The position numbers and the translations under genes are program-made. Source: Malacoraja senta (Eukaryota). From it: a DNA stretch of 64,000 bases. The stretch lies in the NCBI GenBank assembly GCA_038087875.1, contig CM075977.1, forward strand, positions 85,312,001 to 85,376,000, given 5' to 3'. The notes beneath the pieces were generated by a model, which was not told where the DNA came from, made no database searches, and saw nothing but the letters and a program-made list of their open reading frames with translations. Of the stretch, positions 1-10,762 are shown in pieces. The first letter of the stretch is position 1; each line of letters starts with the position of its first letter.

Positions 1-7
1 TAAAATT

Positions 8-215
8 GAACTGTAGATGCTGGTTTACATCAAAGATAGACACAAAATGCTGGAGTAACTCACCGGGTCAGGCAGCATCCCTGCAGAAAATGGACAGGTG
101 ATGTTTCGGGTTGGGACCCAAAATGGGTAGGTGACGTTTTGGGTTGGGACCCTTCTTCAGACTGTAGAAGGGTCCTGGCCTGAAATCTCACCTATCCATG
201 TTCTCCAGAGATGCA
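8..215. mobile_element. Penelope-derived fold-back element, degenerate
   Basis: gaactgtagatgctgg...ggagtaactca...cccttcttcagactgtagaaggg...ctccagagatgc; same family as 28893 and 45290. Confidence 0.7.
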
Positions 216-529
216 GTGCCATGGTTTAATGTTATGTTCATCATAGTGGACAAGCATTGGTTTGGCTTCTCATCTAAAAGATAAACCAACAAGCATCAGA
301 ATATTTGTACACCAGTCTTTAAAAGTGGATTTTAACAAACAGTACACCTTCCTATTTAGAGGTGATGGGGATCGCTAATAAACACCCAATGTATGACAAA
401 GTGTACTATAATACTGAAGCAAAGAATGTGGTAAGAAGTTTTCCAGGCAGTGCACAGATGTACACAATTATTAAGAAAGGGTAGAGAATAACAACCCAAC
501 CAAGTAAAGAAAGCAAACTCAATGCTCGC

Positions 530-1935
530 ATTTATTTCAAGAGGACTTGTATACAAAAACAGGGATGTAATGCTGAGGCTCTATAAGGTGCAGATAAGGC
601 CACATTTGGAGTATTGTGAGAAATTCAGATTCAGATTCATATTTATTGTCACATGCACCATTAGTCACAGTGATATTTGAGTTACCATGCAGCCATATAA
701 TTAAAAGAACACAACACAATTAAAAGAACGATAGAACTTAACATAAACATCCACCACAGTGATCACTGTGATGGAAGACAAAGTTCAGTCAGTCTTCCTC
801 CTTTTGTTCACCCGTGTTTGGGGCCTTGACTACTTCGCAGTCACCACTACGGACGGCCCGATGTACAGTCCCTCTCGTCGGGATGATCGAAGCTCCGACG
901 TTGGGATGGATGGAACACACTTGGAGTGCCCGAATCAGCCACTTTCTTACCGGAGACCGCGGCTTCTCGATGTTATAGGCCACAGGCAGGCCAGCGGTCG
1001 GAGCTCTTCTCTGGCGATCCCTGGCAAGGGATCCCAGGCTCGGGGATGTTAAGTTCAAGCCACGCCTGCTGCTAGAAGCGGCTTCACGATGTTAAAGTCA
1101 ACAGGCCGGCGGTCAAAACCTTTTTTCTGGCTCTGCGATGGAAGTCCGCGCCGTGCCTGCTGCTGAAGCTCTGGGGCGTCTCCGGGAAAGGCCGCACCAA
1201 TCCAAGTTGTTATGCCGCGAGGGAGGGCGAAAATGCGACTAGGAGAAAAGTCGCATCTCCGCCGAGGTAAGTGACTGGAAATGGTTTCCCCCTATTTCCC
1301 CCCCCCCCACACACACATAAAAACATACCGAGAGACATTAACGCATACATTTAGACATACTAAAAAAAAAAGTCGAAATGACGGACACACTGCTGGCGAT
1401 GCTGCCGCTCGTGGTGCCACCCGATGACGAATTCTGGACACCATATATGAGGAAGGATGTTCTGGCTCTGGAGAGGGTCCAGAGGAAGTTTACAAGAATG
1501 ATCCGAGGAATGAGTAGGTTAACCTATGATGAGCATTTGTCGGTGCTGGGCCTGTACTCGCTGGAGTTTAGAAGAATGAGGCGGGACCTCATTGAAACTT
1601 ACAGAATAGTGAAAGGCTTGGATAGCGTGGATGTGCAGAGGATGTTTCCACTAGTGGGAGAGTCTAGGACTTTCTTTTAGGAAGACGAGGAGAAATTTAT
1701 TTGGTCAGAAGGTGGTGAATCTGTGGAATTCTTTGCCACAGAAGGATGTGGAGGCCTAGTCAGTGGATATTTTTATGGCAGAGATAGATAGATTCTTGAT
1801 TAGTAAAGGTGTCAGAGGTTATTGGGAGAAGGCAGGAGAATCGGGTTAGGAGGGAGAGATAGATCAGCCATGATTGAATGGCAGAGTAGACTTGATGGGC
1901 CGAATGGCCTAATTCTACCCCTATCACTTATGACC
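530..1935 (+). mobile_element. CR1/HER1-like LINE 3' fragment (530-626 and 1430-1935), interrupted by an insertion
   Basis: ORF 1378..1680 contains FWTPYMRKDVLALERVQRKFTRMI...LGLYSLEFRRMRRDLIETYRI (CR1 ORF2 C-terminus); CR1-type 3' tail gatgggccgaatggcctaattct. Confidence 0.88.
627..1429 (-). mobile_element. GC/CpG-rich non-autonomous retroelement with (TGAATC)n tail
   Basis: Minus-strand end gtgacaataaatatgaatctgaatctg; splits the CR1; flanked by AATTC at 622-626 and 1430-1434. Confidence 0.65.
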
Positions 1936-2164
1936 AAATGAATGTAACATCCATGGAATGTCAATTAAGAAAGAGAATTAGCACAAAAATGAGGGTACAG
2001 AGTTTCGTGCCTTCAGTGTTTAATTGATGTCAGTTTTCTTTTTCTTTTTTGGCAACTCTTTTAACTTTCTTCTTTACTCATATTTCTTTCTCAGGCCTTA
2101 TGTCATTTGTCCTGGCCACAGACATAAGGGATGCCCATGAAAATCATTACAATAGATCAGTTGT

Positions 2165-2465
2165 TGGTTGACAGGCTGTAGAGCTGCTGCCTTACAGCAC
2201 CAGAGACCCGGGTTCATCCCTGACTATGGGTGCTGTCTGTACAGAGTTTGTATGTTTTCCCTGTGATCGCATGAATTTACACCGGGTGCTCTGGTTTCCT
2301 CCCACAATCCAAAGCGTACAGGTTTGTAGGTTAATTGGTTTTGATATACAAAATGTAAATTATCCCTAGTGTCTAGGATAGTGCTAGTGTACGTGGTGAT
2401 CACTGGTCAGCATGGATTCGGTGGGCTGAAGGGCCTGTTTCCACGTCGTATATCTACAGTCTAAA
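2165..2465 (+). mobile_element. HE1-like tRNA-derived V-SINE
   Basis: gtagagctgctgccttacagcaccagagacccgggttc (B-box-like), central ggtttcctcccacaatccaaag, CR1-like tail gaagggcctgtttcc. Confidence 0.85.
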
Positions 2466-3429
2466 AAGTATATAGACAGCAGGACTGCTGAAAACTCCTT
2501 AAAACTCTCTGCTGTTAAATTATTTAATTATGAGCACGATTTCTTCATCCATGACCTCAACATTTAGTTCAAATTAGCTTTAAACATTCCAACCTCAATT
2601 CTGGCTTTTGCATATGCTGACTCACATTCATCACCTTCGCCATTGACCCAACACTAATCTCAATTCTGCTTATTTCTGTGCTTTTTAGATTTGTTTCTTA
2701 TATAGTATCTTTGCATCAGGAAGATGGGCAGACAAAGTTATTTATCTTTAATAACTTCATTCTCAAAATAACCGCTTAGGATAGCAGTATGCATTGTTAT
2801 GCTCATATTTTTTCTAGAATTCAGCATTCAAGAAATAATGTGAACAATAAAACTGAGCTATGCCTTTTAAACTGTTGCCAAATACTGGGTGTACCAGTGT
2901 TGGGTCTTAAGAATCAAAGTAAAACATCAAGTACTGCTTATTGGCTTCCTTGTGCTCTCATGATTCAATGACCTGGAAAATGAATCTTCTTAGAAAGCAA
3001 ATATAAAACAAATATATATTATGTATATGTAAACTGAGAGCAATTGCAACTGTGTGAAACACAGTAATGAGAAAGCTTGTTTAGAGCAACAAGGTACATT
3101 TGGCATAAAAAAGCCAAAAACCTTGGTGTTCTGCGATTTCTCTGCATTTACTTTTGGAAACTCAACTTGGCACTACTGTGTTGTATTGCTTAAGATTGCT
3201 CCAGAGAATTTTGTTTCTGGGCAGAAACTCCAAGCATATACTTCCAACATATTTTCACTGAATTAAAAAAAAACATTCTAACAGCGTGGGTGTTGATGGA
3301 ACCTGCTGACAGTTGAACAACTCAGAACACTACAACCTCCAAATAAGCTCCAAATTACATAGACTTTATTTTTGTCTTTGCACTATTATTGTGCAATAAT
3401 ATTATTGTATATGCAACAAGTATTATTGA

Positions 3430-3945
3430 TATACCAATCAAGAATCTATCAATCTCCACCTTAAAAATATCTATTGAGTTGGCTTCCACAGCCTTCTGTG
3501 GCAATGAATTCCACAGATTCACCACCCTGACTAAAGAAATTCCTCCCCATCTCCTTTCTAATGGTACTTCCTTTTATTCTGAGGCTTGTGGAAACATCCT
3601 CTTCACATCCATTCTATCATGCGCTATATATATATATATATATATATATAGTTCTGTTTTGGAAAATATGACAATAATACCCACTTGACTCTCTCGATAG
3701 TCAATATTATTTCAATATTACTGATATGTTAACGGCACTCGGTAGTTCAACTGGTTGAAAAATTGCAACACAGACCAGACCCCTCACTCGCAGCAACCTT
3801 CAGAACAATAGGAGGTCATAAAGTCATAGGAGTAGAAATAGGCCATTCAACCCATCAAGTCTACTCCGCCTTCCAATCATGGCTGATCTATCTCTCCCTC
3901 CTAACCCCATTCTCCTGCCTTCTCCCCATAACCTCTGACACCTAT
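3430..3945 (-). mobile_element. CR1-like LINE 3' fragments (~3430-3620, ~3808-3945)
   Basis: Reverse complement of the CR1 tail at 1700-1935 (gaattccacagattcaccaccct; catcaagtctactccgcc). Confidence 0.75.
3624..3650. repeat. (TA)n microsatellite
   Basis: About 13 perfect TA units. Confidence 0.9.
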
Positions 3946-4637
3946 CAGATTAGCATGACTGACGGATACCCTGAACCAGTTCCCATTGCTCTAAATGAGA
4001 CTAGCTGTTTGATGGCAACCATTGCTCAATTTCTCAAAAGAGCTCGTTAAACAGACATTATGATCCTTATCAATGTTTGCATAAAGTCTAGCTCACGCAT
4101 AGAGTAGTCACTCATTATGTATAAATCAACAAAACTGAATATGGTATTGAACATATTTTAGATTGGACTGCAGATTGAAGTAAAGCCCCATAGATTATGC
4201 AGTTAAACTTAAAAAAATCTGAGACCTTGTACTGGCAAGAGAAATGGTGGAGAGCTGGCTAAGAAGATTGAAGATGTCAGCAATAATTTCAAATGGCGTG
4301 CATGTGTTGTTGGAAGCTTCTGATTGTGCTGACCTTTTCTGCCTTATTGCCTGTGGAAGTAATAAATGTGCAAATCCCAACCAATGTTCTCCAGAAATAG
4401 CAATTACACTAATAGAATCTGATAATGCACCTCATTTGTAGATTAAACAAGTTTATTGCAGGACACAAATAGATGCTGTGGTCATGTACAATCAGCCATT
4501 ACAAAATGGCAACCACCATTTTCTCTGTCAAATTACTTTGCATTCACAAGTTCAAATTAGCCCTCACTATTTGGGTTCTTCTGCTATTTTAACCTAGATA
4601 ATATTAAGATGATTGCTGGATCAGGGCCCCGACCATG

Positions 4638-4664
4638 GGAGGAGGAGGAGGAGGAGGAGGAGGA
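4638..4664. repeat. (GGA)n microsatellite followed by a LINE/SINE 3' tail ending (TTGAAC)n at ~4822
   Basis: ggaggaggag... run, then gcatgtgacaaacttgaacttgaacttgaa. Confidence 0.8.
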
Positions 4665-4935
4665 CTGTCTGAACTGTATTGTCTTCCACCACAGTGAAGA
4701 ATGCTGTGGTGGATGTCTGTGATGAATTATGTTGTGCATTGTGTCCTTTTCTAATTGTAACGCTGCATGGTAAATTACATTTCGCTTATGGTGCATGTGA
4801 CAAACTTGAACTTGAACTTGAAATTATTCTGGTACTTATTTTTATTTTACAGCTATATGGGCATGATATAAGTTTTCATTCAATTAGTTCTGCAATATAG
4901 TTCATACACAAATATTAAAGATGAAGGCACAATAC

Positions 4936-5018
4936 CTGCTGTGAATTATTAAAGCCTGTAGAATGTGTAAGTGAATTGCTGCCCGTGTAAATTCCTGACG
5001 ACGATGTAAAACTTCCCC
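4936..5018 (-). CDS. eya1: EYA1 coding exon (83 nt); last exon found in the window
   Basis: tttttcag|GG GGA AGT TTT...TCA CAG CAG|gtattg gives (G)[27 protein letters not shown], matching EYA1 [28 protein letters not shown]. Confidence 0.95.
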
Positions 5019-6269
5019 CTGAAAAAGAAAACTTCTGTCAAATTTTTATTTCTTTTCCCAAAGTCTATATCCTGTACTTTGGGGAAAATGGTGAATGATA
5101 TCAATATGGTATACAAATACAATATTGTTTAATAATTAGGTTTTGCAGTCTTGCACACTGATTCAAGGGTATTAATCTCAGGCCTGGTAACATTTCTGCC
5201 ATTGAAAATAACTTAAGTTAAAAAAGATAGAAATGTAATAGCCTTTTGTAGCCATTAAATTAACATTGAAAGTTCTGAAGTGTTTCTAAGGTATTAATCT
5301 CACTTTGGATTCAAGGCAATTTTACTGCTTCCCAATATTACATTTAGTTTGGGACTTCACTATGTATTAAGAAAAAAACAACTGAGCTTCTGAAGCTTGA
5401 AACGTTTCTGAAAGATAAATTTTATTATTAGCTTCCACAATGCAAAAATTATGCCTTATTATTCTAAATCAAGGTATTAGATGAAGAGCCGACAAAAAAA
5501 GTGCAGATTTATAAATGGCATTTTCCAGTCATGCTCCCGTCTTCAACTTATCCCTCATCACATTGCCTGAATGATAGAAGAGCCAATTTAAACTATTTTC
5601 CCTACATCTCATGCCCTACAGCTAATATACTTAGCCTGTTGTCAGTGGGCAGGAAGTAACAATAACATTAGATAATCTTATTGCTTTCAAGAAGGACAGA
5701 CCAACTTCAGTGGTGGTATAACTGAGGCCCTTTTCAAAATCATGCACAGAACATTTTACAATCCACATGTATATGAATTGAAAAGCTGTAACCAAATAAA
5801 CAACAGAATATGTAATACCTTTTTCTTAGATTTCCAATCATAGACAAGACCTCAATCTTGCTTATTAACAGTGCTACCGAACTGAATGCAACCACCTGTA
5901 CAAGTCGTGTCAATGACAAATTCTCAAGGATATGGGTTAGCTGCTGTCTACGAGCACCTGTGACTCCAAAGGTCCCACCGCAGCTGCTCCATTTTCATTT
6001 CATATCCCAAGTGACTTGTGCATTGACTAATAATTGGCTGATAATTGGCCCCACTGTGCAGTTGAGTGATGGAATTTAGGAGGAATTGATGGGAATGAGA
6101 GAATAAATTGAGATTAGTAAAACCGGTCTTTGATCATTGGCACAGGCGTGATGCTTGTTTCTGTGATGTATGACTATGAATGATTTCAGAGTTTCAACAC
6201 TGTTCATTTGGCAGACAGATGGTTATCATATACAGTACCCGAGGTTGCCACAGGTGCTGAGGTTGGTCA

Positions 6270-6892
6270 CACATTCTGAACTTATCCGGTTGTGACAAAC
6301 CAACTAAGGAGGTAGCGTACAAAGCACTTGTCCGCCCACGGTTGGAATATTGCCAGACAATATGGGACCCTCACCAGAAAAATAACATTGGCACCCTTGA
6401 CAAGGTTCAGAGACGTGCAGCCTGGTTTGTTAATAATGACTACTCAAGACAGTCTAGTGTTTCCGATATGTTAAATCGCCTTGGCTGGGAGTTGCTGGAG
6501 TCAAGACGCACCAAAGCCCGCTTATGTACTGTCTACGAGGAGACTCATGGCATCATCCCCAGTAACATATCTCACCTCATTCAATCCAATACCCAGAACT
6601 CTATAAGACAGTCCTTAAGTCACTTTATTTATACTAGAATTAGAGCAAACAAAAATACAGTCACTATATCCATGGACTATCCCAGAGTGGAACATCCTTG
6701 CTGACACCACCAGGTGTGCACCAACCTTGTCACTGTTCAAGTCACAGCTCGACAACTTGGACATGGATCATCTCACCAAACTTGCCCACATAAAAATCTA
6801 AATAACCCTTTTGCAACCAGTGCCCATGTGAGCGAAACCTGCACGAGGTCGCCCAGCTGTTTGCGGTTGTGCAGTAAACAAGCAGAAGCAGA
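6270..6892 (+). mobile_element. Non-LTR retrotransposon 3' fragment (CR1 group, Daphne/Crack-like)
   Basis: KEVAYKALVRPRLEYCQTIWDPHQ...LDKVQRRAAWFVNNDYSRQSSVSDMLNRLGWELLESRR (ORF 6342..6704); short (GCAGAA)n tail. Clade assignment tentative. Confidence 0.75.
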
Positions 6893-7541
6893 ATTTACCC
6901 TGTTTTTCTAAGTAGATGAAAGGGTAACCATTGGTAACCAGTAGGTTATATATTTCTTAAAGTGCACAACATACTACAATGGCAACATTTGGGAATAACT
7001 AGGTGATCACAGGGCAAAGTTGTTTAATTTTCTTGTCAATACAACCTAGTGGGATGCAGAGCCAGGACCAAAGTAGACAAAAGGTTAACCAGCTTTATGG
7101 CAGTAGATGAACCAGCTGATCAGATTACTGGCTGTTCATTTTATTTTTTATTGAATTCAGTGGAAAGGATAATCAGGTAGTTTGTAAAAAAACTATTAGT
7201 TTCTGTTAATTTCCTCATTTTGCTTAAAGTATTCTTAAAAGAGTGCAAAATAAATGTGCCATTTGATGGTGGATATACCTTATTTCCTTATGATACAGAA
7301 GGTGGCTACTTGGATCATCGTCCATGCTGGCTGTGAGAGCAGATCCACCAGCTGCATTCTCCCACATATAATCCTGTAACCTGTTCACGTGCCCCTCAAA
7401 TGTTCCCTGATTGTCTCGCTGCCCATCTACATTAAGGTGTAATTCACAGGAGCCGATTATTCCACACCTTTGGAATGTGAGAGGAACCCGGAGCACCCCA
7501 AGGAAACCCACAAAGAACAAAGGGAAAACATGCAAACTCCA

Positions 7542-7846
7542 GGTGGCACGGTGGCACAGTGGTAGAGTTGCCCCCTTACAACACCAGAGACGTGGGTTTG
7601 ATCCTGACTACGGGTGCTGTCTGTACAGAGTTTGTACGTTCTACCTGTGACCACGTGGATTTACCCCGGGTGCTCGTTTCCTCCCACACTCCAAAGATGT
7701 ATAGGTTTGTAGGTTAATTGGCTTCAATAAAGATTGTAAATTGTTCCTAGTGCATAGGATAGTGCTAGTGTACGGGGTGATCGCTGGCTGGCATGGATTA
7801 GCTGGGCCGAAGGGCTTGTTTCCACGCTGTATCTCTAAACTAAACT
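7542..7846 (+). mobile_element. HE1-like V-SINE nested in an older antisense SINE (~7400-7930)
   Basis: Full-length, ggtggcacggtggcacagtggtagag to (TAAAC)n; AAACTCCA duplicated at 7534-7541 and 7847-7854. Confidence 0.88.
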
Positions 7847-9210
7847 AAACTCCACACAGAGAGCACCCAAGGTCAGGATTGAATTCAGTCTCTGGAGCAG
7901 TGTGGTAGCAGGACTACTTGCTATGCCTGTAGCTCTTATGGTGCTTCCGGAGGTGATATGAAGGAAAATAACTCCTTGTCATTCAAAGTGCTCTGCTCAT
8001 ACGAGGCAATGACAGATTGCACTGAAAATCATCAACCTATGGTGCAGGTTAGCTGCGTGTATCCATGAAACAGAGGGGGGCAGCTTGTCATTACATCTTT
8101 AAGTAAAGTGCTTGATATTTTTGAGAGAGCTTCTGCTTTACTGTTTGGAATGAAGCAGCACTCAGGCAGAATGCAAAACTGCAAGCTGTAGGATTGCATA
8201 CCCATAACAGAGTCAACATAATTTTAATTCATTCAAATAGACAGAGAACTGGATGTGCTCCATTATAAACAGACAATCATCCTCTCTATGTTTTCCTTTC
8301 TGCACACCACCATGGCAATACTTTATGATCAATTATCAAAAAGCCTCCTGTGCAAATAAGCTCTCTCTTCAAATAGACACAATCAATAAGAGTACCCACA
8401 ATCATTCCCAATTGGTCATAAATATGGTTTGCAGTTCCTAGGTTATTACAGTGCACAATATTTACCCACCCATTGTATCCTTATCACTGGGAAGAGAATA
8501 GGACTATTTCAATGAACTTTACCTGTTAAGCAGTGTTTTGTTCCCATGTAATTGGTTCCTTAACACACCTCAGAATGCACAAAACAGCTGCGGCTGCTTT
8601 ATCAGCAGTTCATCTGAACCTGTTAACTCTCAATCCAATTTTTAGGAACCAATAGTTAGAGCATGTGTACAATTCAGGTATTCAGGTTGAGTCACCCAAG
8701 CAGAGTTTTTTTTTTAATACATAGAGAAATTACAACAGAGCACTTCAGAAGATATTTTTGGAGGTTAGAAGGGCCATTAATGCTTTGCTTATGCATTCTT
8801 CAAAGTCCATCCAGCTAGTCTCCTTGTGCCTTCACTTTGACTGGGTTGATTGTGCCCATTTTCCTTGTCCCACTGATTAAGAAACGCTTAAAATGTGCAA
8901 GTATCCATCTTCAACATCAATGTGAGGGTCGTGGATAGCTCCATTCACCATCCGCTTAATTCCAAAAAATGTTATTGTGTTTCAAAAACAGGTTATGCAA
9001 GCTCTTTTATCCAACAATTCTATATTTCTACTGTAGTTCTTTTTCATTTTCATAAAATTCCTTAAGCTACAAGGGCTGTCCAGACATTGGAAAATGTGCA
9101 TTTTTTTAAAGAAAAAAAATTGAAGTTTCTAAGTAATAATTGGAATTTCCAATGAACAATTTAAGTGCTATAGAGTCAGACAGAGCAGAAACAGGCCCTT
9201 CAGCCCAACT

Positions 9211-9487
9211 TGGCATGGTGGCACAGCGGTAGAGTGCCTTCCTTATAGTGCCAGACACCCGGGTTCGATTCTGACTATCAGTGCTATCTGTACAAAGTTT
9301 GTAGGTTCACTCTGTGAACCTGTTGGGTTTTCCTGGGTTCCTCCCACAGTCCAAAGACGTACAGGTTTGTAAGTTAGTTGACTTCTGTAGATTGTAAATC
9401 GTCCCTAGTGTGTTGGATAGTGCTAGTGTCCAGGGTGATCGGCACGGACTCGGCCAAAAGGCCTGTTTCCACACTGTACCTCTAAAG
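9211..9487 (+). mobile_element. HE1-like V-SINE
   Basis: ggcatggtggcacagcggtagag...cccgggttcgattc...ctcccacagtccaaagacgtacagg. Confidence 0.85.
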
Positions 9488-9649
9488 TCAACCATGTTTT
9501 TCAACTGAGATGAAACACATAAGAGCATATATTATATATAAAGTTATGGCACAAATGTCATAATGTAAAGGCGATATGTGAGATGCTGACTGAGTGGGAA
9601 TCCACAGATGTGGAAGCACTTCTTTGTCTGCACCTGGTCCACATCTGTC

Positions 9650-10010
9650 TATACCCATCCTATTCATGTAATATAGCCATTTACCTTATCTCTGTTTTTT
9701 ATGATTTTGTTAACCTCTAGGTCACCTCTCAAACTTCTCCACTCCAGGGAATAAAGACCCAGCCAATTTAGTCTCTTCTTATAACTCAAGTCCCTGAATC
9801 CAGGTAACATCCTCGTGAATCTGTAATGCACCCTTTCCAGCTTGTTGACATCCTTCCTACAGCAAGAAGATCAGAAATGCACATAATACTCTAGGCATGG
9901 TCTCACCAATGGCTTGTACAGCTGTAACATGATGCACCTCATCTCCTGTATTTCATACCCTTATAAATGAAGGCAAATGTACCAAATGCCTTCTTCACCA
10001 TCCTCTCTAC
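9650..10010 (-). mobile_element. Degraded CR1-like LINE fragment
   Basis: ccaggtaacatcctcgtgaatct...gcaccctttccagctt...gtctcaccaat is the antisense of CR1 ORF2 C-terminal sequence. Confidence 0.7.
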
Positions 10011-10146
10011 CGTTTTCATCTCTGACATGCTAAGTGCCTTGATTGCACAGTGAAGTATCTGTGGGACATTAAAGATAAGAATTCAGACCATCACAATAAA
10101 AATGTTAATGGTTTATGATAATGCAAATGATCATCTTTCACTTAAT

Positions 10147-10762
10147 AAAGACACAAAAAGCTGGAGTAACTCAATGGGTCAGGCAGCATGGAAGATATGC
10201 AAAAAGCACCGATAATCAAAGAAATGTGGGCCACTCCTATATATCAGTGAAACCAAGCGCAGACACGGTGATCGTTTCGCTGAACACCTTCGCTCAGTCC
10301 CCCTCAGCCTACATGATCTCCCGGTTGCCAAACACTAACACCCCCTTTCCATTCCCATGCTGACCTACTCCATCGTCAGAGTGAGGCCAAATGTAAATTG
10401 GAGGAACAGCATCTCATATTTTGCTTGGGCAGCTTATAAACCAGCGGTATGAATACTGATTTCTCCAACTTTGAGTAACCCCTCCCCTGTCTCCGTCCCA
10501 CCTACCCTAGTCATTGTCCTAGTTTTACTGTCGTTCTGTTGAGTTCCTCTGTTTACTCGTTGTCACCTATGCGACACCCAACAATGGCCAATTGTGTGCC
10601 CCACATTTCCTTGATTATCGGTGCTTTTTGTATACCTTCCATTCATTATTCCCAAGTACTAAGTCTATATCTCTCAGTCTGAAGAAGGGTCTCGAAACAA
10701 AACATCACCTATTCCTTTCCTCCAAATATGCTGCCTGATCTGTTGAGTTGCTCCATCTCTTT
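10147..10762 (+). mobile_element. Penelope-like element remnant with inverted 5' portion
   Basis: ~10234-10300 translates LLYISETKRRHGDRFAEHLRSV (GIY-YIG endonuclease); ~10147-10232 is an inverted copy of parts of ~10600-10760. Confidence 0.85.

Noticed and set aside
1-4935. Next eya1 exon (DYPSY...) and the C-terminal phosphatase domain
   Set aside because: Not found on the minus strand here; presumably beyond the left edge of the window.
7545-7615. tRNA-like sequences here and in the other SINE heads
   Set aside because: They continue into SINE body and LINE-like tail; not functional tRNA genes.
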